From: a virus
Taxonomy: Duplodnaviria > Heunggongvirae > Uroviricota > Caudoviricetes
Reading direction: 5' to 3' (one strand)
Virus record (IMG/VR): IMGVR_UViG_2526164647_000009
DNA length: 17,683 nt
Every line of letters begins with the position of its first letter. Positions within the stretch are counted from its first letter, which is position 1. Both the position numbers and the translations under genes were made by a program. The notes beneath the pieces were generated by a model. That model was not told where the DNA came from. It ran no database searches and worked only from the letters and a program-made list of their open reading frames with translations. Shown here one piece after another: positions 9,397 to 17,201 of the stretch.

Positions 9397-9744
9397 ATGG
9401 TAACGAAAACCATCACTGAACAGCGTGCGGAAGTACGTATTTTTGCCGGTAATGATCCGGCCCATACCGCCACAGGCAGCAGCGGGATTTCCTCGGCAAC
9501 ACCGGCTCTGACGCCCCTGATGCTGGATGAGGATACCGGGAAACTGGTGGTCTGGGACGGACAGAAGGCAGGCCATGTGGTTGGCATACTGGTACTGCCG
9601 CTTGAAGGTACAGAGACGGTGCTGACGTATTACAAGTCGGGGACCTTTGCGACGGAGGCCATCCACTGGCCTGAGAGAGTGGATACACACAAAAAGGCGA
9701 ATGCCTTTGCCGGCAGTGCCCTGAGTCACGCAGCGCTGCCGTAA
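9397..9744 (+). CDS. D: Head decoration protein (lambda gpD-like)
   Basis: ...NDPAHTATGSSG...TPLMLDEDTGKLVVWDG...VGILVLP...YYKSGTFATEAIHWPE...ANAFAGSA resembles lambda D (...SDPAHTATAPGG...TPLMLDTSSRKLVAWDG...FYKSGTF...RTAFAGTA). Confidence 0.9.
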   Translation: MVTKTITEQRAEVRIFAGNDPAHTATGSSGISSATPALTPLMLDEDTGKLVVWDGQKAGHVVGILVLPLEGTETVLTYYKSGTFATEAIHWPERVDTHKKANAFAGSALSHAALP

Positions 9745-9801
9745 CATTTTATCAGGTCACTGCGGTAGCCTGACTGATTTCTGAATGAAAGGAACTGATT
9801 T

Positions 9802-10830
9802 ATGGGATTGTTTACGACCCGCCAGTTACTCGGTTATACCGAACAAAAAGTTAAATTTCGTGCGCTGTTTCTGGAGCTGTTTTTCCGCCGTACGGTGAAT
9901 TTCCATACCGAAGAGGTAATGCTGGACAAAATTACCGGAAAAACGCCGGTGGCGGCCTATGTCTCCCCGGTTGTTGAAGGAAAGGTGTTGCGTCACCGTG
10001 GCGGTGAAACTCGTGTACTGCGCCCGGGCTACGTTAAGCCGAAACACGAATTTAATTACCAGCAGGCGGTGGAGCGTCTTCCCGGTGAAGATCCGGCCCA
10101 GCTGAACGACCCGGCTTACCGTCGCCTGCGTATCATCACCGATAACCTCAAACAGGAAGAGCACGCCATTGTCCAGGTGGAAGAGATGCAGGCGGTGAAT
10201 GCCGTGCTGTATGGCAAATACACCATGGAAGGAGAGCAGTTTGAAACTGTTGAGGTCGATTTTGGCCGGTCGGTGGGAAATAACATTACGCAGGCAGGAG
10301 GGACGGAGTGGAGCGCTCAGGACCGCGATACCTTTGATCCGACGCATGATCTGGATGCGTACTGTGATTTTGCTTCCGGCACCATCAATATTGCCATTAT
10401 GGATGGTAAGGTCTGGCGTCTGCTGAATGGCTTTAAGCTGTTCCGCGAAAAACTGGATACCCGTCGTGGCTCAAATTCACAGCTGGAAACGGCAGTGAAA
10501 GACCTGGGGGCGGTGGTGTCCTTCAAAGGGTATTATGGTGATCTGGCAATCGTGGTGGCAAAAACGTCCTATGTGGCAGAGGACGGTACCGAAAAACGTT
10601 ATCTGCCGGACGGCACACTGGTACTGGGAAATACGGCCGCAGAGGGTATTCGTTGCTACGGTGCCATTCAGGATGCGCAGGCATTGTCTGAAGGCGTGGT
10701 GGCGTCTTCCCGTTATCCGAAACACTGGCTGACCGTGGGTGATCCGGCGCGTGAATTCACCATGACGCAGTCCGCGCCGCTGATGGTGCTGCCGGATCCG
10801 GATGAGTTTGTGGTGGTGCAGGTGAAATAA
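9802..10830 (+). CDS. E: Major capsid protein (lambda gpE-like)
   Basis: The 342-aa product ...YVSPVVEGKVLRHRGGE...PGYVKPKHE...DPAYRRLRII...AIVQVEEMQAV...LYGKYTMEGEQFE...EKLDTRRGSNSQLETAVKDLG...YPKHWLTVGDPAREFTMTQSAPLMVLPDPDEFV is collinear with lambda E. Confidence 0.95.
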   Translation: MGLFTTRQLLGYTEQKVKFRALFLELFFRRTVNFHTEEVMLDKITGKTPVAAYVSPVVEGKVLRHRGGETRVLRPGYVKPKHEFNYQQAVERLPGEDPAQLNDPAYRRLRIITDNLKQEEHAIVQVEEMQAVNAVLYGKYTMEGEQFETVEVDFGRSVGNNITQAGGTEWSAQDRDTFDPTHDLDAYCDFASGTINIAIMDGKVWRLLNGFKLFREKLDTRRGSNSQLETAVKDLGAVVSFKGYYGDLAIVVAKTSYVAEDGTEKRYLPDGTLVLGNTAAEGIRCYGAIQDAQALSEGVVASSRYPKHWLTVGDPAREFTMTQSAPLMVLPDPDEFVVVQVK

Positions 10831-10837
10831 TCCGTGA

Positions 10838-10862
10838 GCGGGAGCTAAATGCTCCCGTTTTT
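10838..10862 (+). terminator. Intrinsic-terminator-like hairpin between E and FI
   Basis: Stem gcgggagc (10838-10845), loop taaat, stem gctcccg (10851-10857), followed by TTTTT (10858-10862). It sits between the E stop and the FI ribosome-binding site. Confidence 0.55.
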
Positions 10863-10881
10863 CATTCAATCAGGAGCGGGT

Positions 10882-11268
10882 ATGGCTACGAAAGAAGAAA
10901 ACCTGAAACGTCTTTGTGAGCTGGCTGAGAGGCTGGGGCGTGAACCGGATGTCTCCGGTAGTGCGGCAGATATTGCGCAGCGAGTGGCGGAACTGGAGGA
11001 AGAGCTTGGAGATGCGGGGGAGGTCGCAGAGCCGGATACGTACTCACCATCGAAAGATGATCCGACCGCGCATAAAGGCGAGTCAGTTCCTGAACAGCCA
11101 GGCATTGTTACCGGAGACGAAACGGGGCAGGTTACGGTGGTGGCACTGGCGACACTGCATACAAAATGTAATGGTTCAGTGATATTTGTTTCACCGGGAA
11201 CGTCGTTTCGTGTTTCTGCTGAGGTGGCTGCCAGCATGGCGGCAGGTGGTCTGGCAAAAAGGCAGTAA
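10882..11268 (+). CDS. FI: DNA packaging protein FI (lambda gpFI-like)
   Basis: MATKEENLKRLCELAERLGREPDVSGSAADIAQRVAELEEELGD...VTVVALATLHT...VSPGTSFRVSAEVAASMAAGGLAKRQ resembles lambda FI (...ALRVAELKEELDD...VTVVALVKLHT...LPGTAFRVSAGVAAEM..GLARMQ). An AGGAG ribosome-binding site is at 10869-10873. Start chosen at 10882, not the upstream ATG at 10849. Confidence 0.85.
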   Translation: MATKEENLKRLCELAERLGREPDVSGSAADIAQRVAELEEELGDAGEVAEPDTYSPSKDDPTAHKGESVPEQPGIVTGDETGQVTVVALATLHTKCNGSVIFVSPGTSFRVSAEVAASMAAGGLAKRQ

Positions 11269-11279
11269 CAGGAGATGTC

Positions 11280-11657
11280 GTGGACGGTTTCGATAATCTG
11301 TTTGATGCTGCGCTTGCCGGTGTCAATGAAGTCATTCTCCGTGATATGGGGATCAGCGCCGTCATTACGTCCGGAGAACTTGAGGGGACACACCTGACAG
11401 GGGTTTTTGATGATCCCGAAAGTATTTCTTTTGTTGCCGGGGGGATCCGGCTTGAGGATTCCTCACCGTGCCTGTTTGTGAAAACGGCAGATATATCGCA
11501 GTTACGCCGTCAGGATACGTTAACTATCGGGGATGATTCTTTCTTTGTGGATCGTATTACTCCGGATGACGGGGGATGCTGTTATATCCGGTTAAGGCGG
11601 GGCAGTCCTGCCCCACAGAATAATGCCAGAATGAGGCGATATGATGAAGGGACTTGA
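11280..11657 (+). CDS. FII: Head-tail connector protein FII (lambda gpFII-like)
   Basis: (V)DGFDNLFDAALAGVNEVILRDMGISAVITSGE...GVFDDPESISF...SSPCLFVKTADISQLRRQDTLTIGDDSFFVDRITPDDGGC resembles lambda FII (MADFDNLFDAAI...GVFDDPENISY...SSPSLFVRT...LRRGDTLTIGEENFWVDRVSPDDGGS). GTG start with an AGGAG ribosome-binding site. Confidence 0.85.
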   Translation: MDGFDNLFDAALAGVNEVILRDMGISAVITSGELEGTHLTGVFDDPESISFVAGGIRLEDSSPCLFVKTADISQLRRQDTLTIGDDSFFVDRITPDDGGCCYIRLRRGSPAPQNNARMRRYDEGT

Positions 11658-12228
11658 GAATGCCATCCGCAATCTGAACAGCCTCGATACCCGCATGGTG
11701 CCACAGACCAGCGCATGGGCGGTAAACCGTGTGGCGGCAAAGATTGTTTCTGTCGCCACACGGCAGGTTGCGCAGAATACCGTTGCCGGGGATAACCAGG
11801 TGAAAGGTATTCCCCTGAAAACGGTCAGGGAGCGTGTCAGGCTGCTTAAAGCCAGCCCCTCAGGAAAAATGTATGCCCGCATGCGTGTTAACCGGGGTAA
11901 CCTGCCCGCCATTAAGCTGGGTACCGCACAGGTCAGACTGGCCCGCTCCCGGCATGGCAGCAACTCACGTCATCGTGGCAGCGTACTGAAAGTGGGGAAA
12001 TACCTTTTCCGGGATGCGTTTATTCAGCAACTGGCGAATGGTCGCTGGCATGTGATGCGGCGTATTGACGGCAAAAATCGTTACCCCATTGATGTGGTGA
12101 AAATCCCGATGTCCGGACCGCTGACACAGGCATTTGAAGATGCCCGCGACCGCATCATTGCTGCGGAAATGCCGAAACAGCTGGGGTATGCCCTGAAACA
12201 ACAACTGAGGTTACATCTGAGTAAATGA
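11641..12228 (+). CDS. Z: Tail assembly protein Z (lambda gpZ-like)
   Basis: MMKGLENAIRNL...WAVNRVAAK...VNRGNLPAIKLGTAQV...FIQQLANGRWHVMRRIDGKNRYPIDVVKIPMSGPLTQAF...QLGYALKQQLR resembles lambda Z (MAIKGLEQAVENL...INRVASS...VNRGDLPVIKLGNARV...FIQQLKNGRWHVMQRVAGKNRYPIDVVKIPMAVPLTTAF). Confidence 0.9.
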   Translation: MMKGLENAIRNLNSLDTRMVPQTSAWAVNRVAAKIVSVATRQVAQNTVAGDNQVKGIPLKTVRERVRLLKASPSGKMYARMRVNRGNLPAIKLGTAQVRLARSRHGSNSRHRGSVLKVGKYLFRDAFIQQLANGRWHVMRRIDGKNRYPIDVVKIPMSGPLTQAFEDARDRIIAAEMPKQLGYALKQQLRLHLSK

Positions 12229-12626
12229 ACCGACACACACAAATCCGTCAGAGCGTGCTGGCACGCCTTCGGGAACAGTGTGGAGACAGCGCCACGTTTT
12301 TTGACGGGCTTCCGGCATTTATTGATGCGCAGGAACTGCCTGCCGTGGCGGTGTGGCTGAGTGATGCTCAGTACACCGGAAAAATGACGGATGAAGATGA
12401 CTGGCAGGCTGTTCTGCATATTGCCGTCTTCATCCGGGCACAGGCACCGGATTCAGAGCTGGATATGTGGATGGAGAGCACCATTTTCCCGGCCCTGAAT
12501 GATGTACCGGCACTTTCCGGACTCATCGACACCCTGAACCCACTCGGTTTTAACTATCAACGTGATAATGAGATGGCTACCTGGGCGATGGCGGAAATCA
12601 CGTACCAGATCACGTACACGAATTAA
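12225..12626 (+). CDS. U: Tail terminator protein U (lambda gpU-like)
   Basis: ...ATFFDGLPAFIDAQELPAVAVWLSDAQYTG...WQAVLHIAVFIRAQAPDSELDMWMES...PALSGLI...YQITY resembles lambda U (...ATFFDGRPAVFDEADFPAVAVYLTGAEYTG...PDSELDAWMES...ITYEM). The ATGA overlap with the Z stop is present. Confidence 0.9.
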   Translation: MNRHTQIRQSVLARLREQCGDSATFFDGLPAFIDAQELPAVAVWLSDAQYTGKMTDEDDWQAVLHIAVFIRAQAPDSELDMWMESTIFPALNDVPALSGLIDTLNPLGFNYQRDNEMATWAMAEITYQITYTN

Positions 12627-12636
12627 GGAGGTGGTA

Positions 12637-13377
12637 ATGACCACACCAAATCCACTGGCAAAGACGAAAGGTGCGGGGACGACGTTCTGGATGTATACCG
12701 GCAACGGCGATGCGTTTGCGAACCCTTTGTCGGACACTGACTGGCTGCGTCTTGCGATGGTGAAGGATCTGCAACCTGGCGAAATGACCGCTGATGCAGA
12801 AGATGACACTTATCTCGATGATGAAGATGCAGACTGGAAAACGACAACCCAGGGGCAGAAATCCGTTGGTGATACTTCGGCGACGCTGGCCTGGCGTCCG
12901 GGTGACAGCGGGCAGAAAAAACTGGTTCAGTTGTTCGACTCCGGTGAAGTCTGCGCGTTTCGTATCAAATATCCCAACGGCACTGTTGATGTTTTCCGCG
13001 GCTGGCTGAGCTCACTGGGTAAAACCATTGCCTCAAAAGACGTGATGACCCGCACTGTGAAAATCAGCGGTGTGGGGCGTCCGTATCTGGCAGAGGAAGG
13101 CACTGAAACCGTGGGTGTTACCGGACTGACGGTGGCACCGGCATCTGTCAGTGTCAAAGCGGGAGCAACCACCACACTGACCTTTACAGTAAAACCTGAC
13201 GGGGCCAGTGACAAAGCGATCAGTGTGCATTCGTCAGATCCTCAGACTGCTTCGGTGACCCTGAGCGGGCTTGTGGCCACGGTGAAAGGCGTGAAGCAGG
13301 GCAGTGTCAGCATCGTGGGCATGACCTCTGACGGAGAGTTTGTGGCAGTGGCTGCGGTGACCGTCAGCGCACCATAA
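12637..13377 (+). CDS. V: Major tail tube protein V (lambda gpV-like) with a C-terminal Ig-like domain
   Basis: MTTPNPLAKTKGAGTTFWMYTGNGDAFANPLSDTDW...DDTYLDDEDADW...GQKSVGDTS.TLAW.PG...YPNGTVDVFRGWLSS...TRTVKISGVGRP plus a C-terminal T/S/V-rich beta-strand domain, collinear with lambda V. An AGGAGG ribosome-binding site at 12625-12630 precedes the ATG at 12637. Confidence 0.95.
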   Translation: MTTPNPLAKTKGAGTTFWMYTGNGDAFANPLSDTDWLRLAMVKDLQPGEMTADAEDDTYLDDEDADWKTTTQGQKSVGDTSATLAWRPGDSGQKKLVQLFDSGEVCAFRIKYPNGTVDVFRGWLSSLGKTIASKDVMTRTVKISGVGRPYLAEEGTETVGVTGLTVAPASVSVKAGATTTLTFTVKPDGASDKAISVHSSDPQTASVTLSGLVATVKGVKQGSVSIVGMTSDGEFVAVAAVTVSAP

Positions 13378-13396
13378 CAGGACGATACTCATCATT

Positions 13397-13419
13397 GCCC
13401 CGGTTATCCGGGGCTTTTT
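13397..13419 (+). terminator. Intrinsic-terminator-like hairpin downstream of V
   Basis: Stem gccccgg (13397-13403), loop ttat, stem ccggggc (13408-13414), followed by TTTTT (13415-13419). It sits between the V stop and the G start. Confidence 0.6.
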
Positions 13420-13435
13420 GCATCCGGAGAACATG

Positions 13436-13822
13436 ATGTTTCTGAAACAGGATACGTTTAATTATGAAAAACAGTCCGTGGTGCTCAGTGAGCTGTCCGG
13501 GCTGCAGAGAATTGAATATCTGACGTTTGTTCAGCAGCGAACGGCAAAGTTTGATGCACAGGAGGGAGAACTGCCGGAGGCTGAACGACAGATTGCTTTT
13601 CTGCGTATGGGAATGGATATCAATGCCTGGCTGGTTTCCCGCTCACTGTGGAATGCTGAGCAGTCTCAGGATGTTGAGACGCTTTGCGCATCCATTATGA
13701 CAACATGGTCGTATGATGCGCTGGGCGCGGGGGCGGAGAGGGTTCTGTCGCTGAGCGGTATGGGGACCATTGAGAATGCCGGGGATGATGATCATGAGGC
13801 GCTGACGCCGGAAAAGTCCTGA
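13436..13822 (+). CDS. G: Tail assembly chaperone G (lambda gpG-like)
   Basis: MFLKQDTFNYEKQSVVLSELSGLQRIEYL... resembles lambda G (MFLKTESFEHNGVTVTLSELSALQRIEHL...). The acidic C-terminus and the position before the overlapping T frame are conserved. Confidence 0.9.
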   Translation: MFLKQDTFNYEKQSVVLSELSGLQRIEYLTFVQQRTAKFDAQEGELPEAERQIAFLRMGMDINAWLVSRSLWNAEQSQDVETLCASIMTTWSYDALGAGAERVLSLSGMGTIENAGDDDHEALTPEKS

Positions 13823-14160
13823 CGCGGGAAATGCAGTTTGTCATGCGGCTTGCCCGGGAGTTCCGGCGGGCAGACTGGCGGCGGATGCTGTCGGATATGT
13901 CGGCCACTGAGCTTGGTGAGTGGGGCGATTATTTCCGGATGCAGAGCTTCAGTGATGTGTGGATGGATGCGCAGTTTGCCTCGCTGAAGGCATTGATCGT
14001 GAGAATGGTGTCCGGCAGCAGCGATGCTGCGGTGGCTGATTTCAGCCTTTTACCGGAAGAGAACGGGATACCGGAGCGAACGGACGAAGAACTGATGCAT
14101 CTTGGGGAAGGTATTTCCGGAGGTGTGCGTTATGGACCAGATAGCCAACCTGGTCATTGA
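13798..14160 (+). CDS. T: T portion of the tail assembly chaperone G-T fusion (lambda gpT-like), in the -1 frame relative to G; expected to be expressed only as a G-T fusion by ribosomal frameshifting
   Basis: The -1 frame is open from 13798, directly after its own stop at 13795-13797, and overlaps the last 22 nt of G. It reads ...GKVLTREMQFVMRLAREFRRADWRRM.... The G/T arrangement matches lambda. The only slip candidate in the overlap is GGAAAAG at 13810-13816. Confidence 0.8.
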   Translation, partial: GADAGKVLTREMQFVMRLAREFRRADWRRMLSDMSATELGEWGDYFRMQSFSDVWMDAQFASLKALIVRMVSGSSDAAVADFSLLPEENGIPERTDEELMHLGEGISGGVRYGPDSQPGH

Positions 14161-16872
14161 TTTGGGGATTGATGCGGCAGAGTTTAAAAATGAAATTCCC
14201 CGTATCAAAAACCTTCTGAATGGTGCAGCCAGCGATGCAGAACGGTCTTCTGCCCGTATGCAGCGTTTTATGGAGCGTCAGACTCAGGCGGCCCGGCAGA
14301 CAATGCAGGCGGCTTCTTCGGCTGCAACAGCAGCATCAGCCCATGCGCAGACGGTGGAGAAGAATGCACGGGCTCATGAACGCATGGCCCGTGAGGTGGA
14401 ACAAACCCGTCTGCGCGTGGATGCCCTGAATCAGAAAATGCGCGAGGAACAGGCGCAGGCCAGGGCGGCTCAGCTGGGGGTAAGCAGTGCTGCAGAAGTG
14501 TATATCCGCAAAATGGAGCGGGCAGGAAAAGCCACACATTCGCTGGGGCTGAAAAGTGCGGCAGCCCGGCGGGAGCTGGGGGTGTTAATCAGTCAGATGG
14601 CGCGCGGCAATTTTGGTGCGCTGAGGGGATCCGGGATAACGCTGGCTAACCGTGCCGGATGGACTGGCGCACTGATGTCGCCGAAAGGCATGATGACTGG
14701 CGGCGTTATTGGCGGACTTGTCGCGGCGGTCCTGGGTCTGGGTAAAGCCTGGCATGACGGCCGGAAGGAGGGCGAGAAATTTAACCGTCAGCTGGCGCTG
14801 ACGGGACATTATGCCGGTGTCACTGTCGGGCAGTTGTGGAAACTCAGCCGGGCCATATCCGGGAATGGTATCACGCAACATGCGGCAGCCGGTGCGCTGG
14901 CACAGGTGGTGGGCAGTGGGGCATTTCATGGAAACGATATTGGTATGGTGGCGAAAGCTGCCGCACAGATGGAGCGATCGGTTGGCCAGTCGGTCAGCGA
15001 TACCATAAATCAGTTTAAGCGGCTGAAGGATGATCCTGTAAATGCCGCGAAGGCGCTGGACAATGCGCTGCATTTTTTGAATGCCACTCAGCTTGAGCAG
15101 ATACGCGTCCTTGGGGAGCAAGGGGCGGTCCAGTGATGCGGCCCGGATCGCCATGTCTGCGCTGGCAGAGGAAACCGGTAAACGCACATCTGATATTGAT
15201 AATAATCTCAATGCGCTGGGTAGTACGCTGCAAACCTTGTCTGACTGGTGGAAGCAGTTCTGGGATGCGGCCATGAATATTGGTCGTGAAGACTCGCTGG
15301 ATGCGCAGATCGATGCGTTACAGGAAAAAATTCAGCGCGCGAAAAAATATCCGTGGACAAACGCCTCCACACAGGTGGAGTACGATCAGCAGCGTCTTAA
15401 CGATCTTCAGGAGAAAAAACGCCGGAAGGATTTGCAGGATGCAAAAGCGCAGGCAGAACGGAATTACCAGGAGCAACAGAAACGCCGGAATGCTGAAAAT
15501 GCCGCGCTGAACCGGATGAATGAAACGGAAGCTGCACGACATCAGCGGGAAATTGCGCGTATTAATGCCATGCAGTACGCCGACCAGGCTGTCAGGGATG
15601 CGGCGATACAGCGTGAAAATGAACGTTACGAAAAAGCCATTAAGAAAAATACACGGGCAACCCGTAATGATGAGGCCACCCGGTTATTGCTGCAGTACAG
15701 TCAGCAGCAGGCACAGGTGGAAGGGCAGATTGCTGCTGCCAGACAGTCAGCAGGCATTGCCACTGAAAGGATGACTGAAGCGCATAAACAGCTTCTGGCC
15801 CTGCAGCAGCGCATCAGCGACCTGGACGGGAAAAAGCTGACGGCAGATGAAAAGAGTGTGCTGGCCCGTAAGAATGAGCTGATTCAGGCGCTGACGCTGC
15901 TGGATGTGAAACAGCAGGAGCTGCAGAAACAGACAGCGCTTAACGACCTGAGAAAAGAAAACGGTTCAGCTGACCAGCCAGCTGGCAGACAAAGAACGTG
16001 CACTGCGTGAGCAGCACAATCTGGATATTGCCACTGCAGGTATGGGGGATAAGCAGCGGCAGCGCTACCAGGCACCGTTGCGCATCCGGCAGGAATACCG
16101 GCAACAGTTGCAACAGCTTGAGAATGACAGTCGCCAGAAAGGCACTTACGGGACGGAGGACTACCGGAGGGCTGAGGAGGTGCTGAAGGGGAGCCTGAAG
16201 CGACAACTGAATGAAAACAAACGCTACTGGCAGGAACTGGAAGTGGCGCAGGGCGACTGGAAAAACGGTGCCATGCGGGCGTTTCAGAATTTTACGGCGG
16301 ATGCGGATAATGCGGCGGGAACGGCAGAACAGATGTTTACAGTGGCATTCAGCAGTGCCGGTAATGCACTGGCGACATTCTGTACCACCGGTAAGCTGAA
16401 TTTTAAATCCTTCACCTCTTCCCTGTTGTCAGATATGGCCAGAATTATGGCACAGATGGCCATGATGCAGGCGGTAAAGGGCGTCGGTTCTTTATTCGGC
16501 TTCACGACTAATGCTGATGGCGGTGTTTACCAGTCTGCTGATTTGAGTCGCTACAGTGGCACGGTGGTTAACCGTCCGACGTTTTTTGCTTTTGCAAAAG
16601 GCGCGGGTGTGATGGGGGAAGCGGGACCTGAAGCCATTCTGCCACTGCGTCGCGGTGCTGATGGTAAGCTGGGGGTTGTGGCGGATACTGGTGGTTCAGG
16701 CATGGTGATGTTTGCCCCGCAGTACAACATTGAGATCAATAACGACGGCACGAACGGGCAGATAGGTCCGGCTGCCCTGAAGGTGGTTTATGACCTCGGG
16801 AAAAAAGCGGCCGCGGACTTTATGCAACAGCAGGCCCGTGATGGTGGCCGGTTAAGTGGAGCATACCGGTAA
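14132..16872 (+). pseudogene. H: Tail tape measure protein (lambda gpH-like) broken by two +1 frameshifts, within 15081-15134 and within 15952-16010
   Basis: Three consecutive ORFs in frames 2, 0 and 1 together align with lambda H from N-terminus to C-terminus (MDQIANLVIDLGIDAAEF... to ...INNDGTNGQIGPAALKVVYDLGKKAAADFMQQQARDGG, compared with lambda ...VINNDGTNGQIGPAALKAVYDMARKGARDEIQTQMRDGG). The total span is 2741 nt (3n+2). A GGAGG ribosome-binding site lies 8 nt before the ATG at 14132. Confidence 0.9.
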
Positions 16873-17201
16873 TGGAGACGTTTCACTGGAAAGTGCGCCC
16901 GGATATGAATGTGGTATCAGAGCCGAAAGTGGTGACAGTGAAGCTGGGCGATGGTTATGAACAGCGTCGTGCGGCGGGACTGAATAACCAGTTGTCGACT
17001 TACAGCGTGACGATACGTGTTCGTAAAGGTGAACACCCATCTTTAAAAGCCTTTCTGGAACGGCACGGTGGCGTCCGCGCATTTCAGTGGACGCCACCTT
17101 ATGACTGGAAACTGATCAGGGTGGTTTGTCGTAAATGGTCGGCAAGCGTGGGGGCGTTATGGGTGACTGTAACGGCCGATTTTGAACAGGTGGTGAACTG
17201 A
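16872..17201 (+). CDS. M: Minor tail protein M (lambda gpM-like)
   Basis: METFHWKVRPDMNVVSEPKVVTVKLGDGYEQRRAAGLN...TYSVTI...FLERHGGVRAFQWTPPYDWKLIRVVCRKWSA...ADFEQVVN resembles lambda M (MKTFRWKVKPGMDVASVPSVRKVRFGDGYSQRAPAGLN...FLEEHGGWKSFLWTPPYEW...AEFEQVVN). A TAATG overlap joins it to the H stop. Confidence 0.95.
   Translation: METFHWKVRPDMNVVSEPKVVTVKLGDGYEQRRAAGLNNQLSTYSVTIRVRKGEHPSLKAFLERHGGVRAFQWTPPYDWKLIRVVCRKWSASVGALWVTVTADFEQVVN

Noticed and set aside
9745-9801. Possible hairpin in the D-E intergenic region (tcagg...cctga).
   Set aside because: The stem is only 5 bp with a 12-nt loop and no following T-run, so it is not a convincing terminator.
14132-16872. Whether the breaks in H, or in B, could be programmed frameshifts rather than lesions.
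   Set aside because: Tape-measure and portal genes are single ORFs in lambda and its relatives. The only programmed shift in this module is G-T. No slippery heptamer or downstream structure is evident at the H or B sites.
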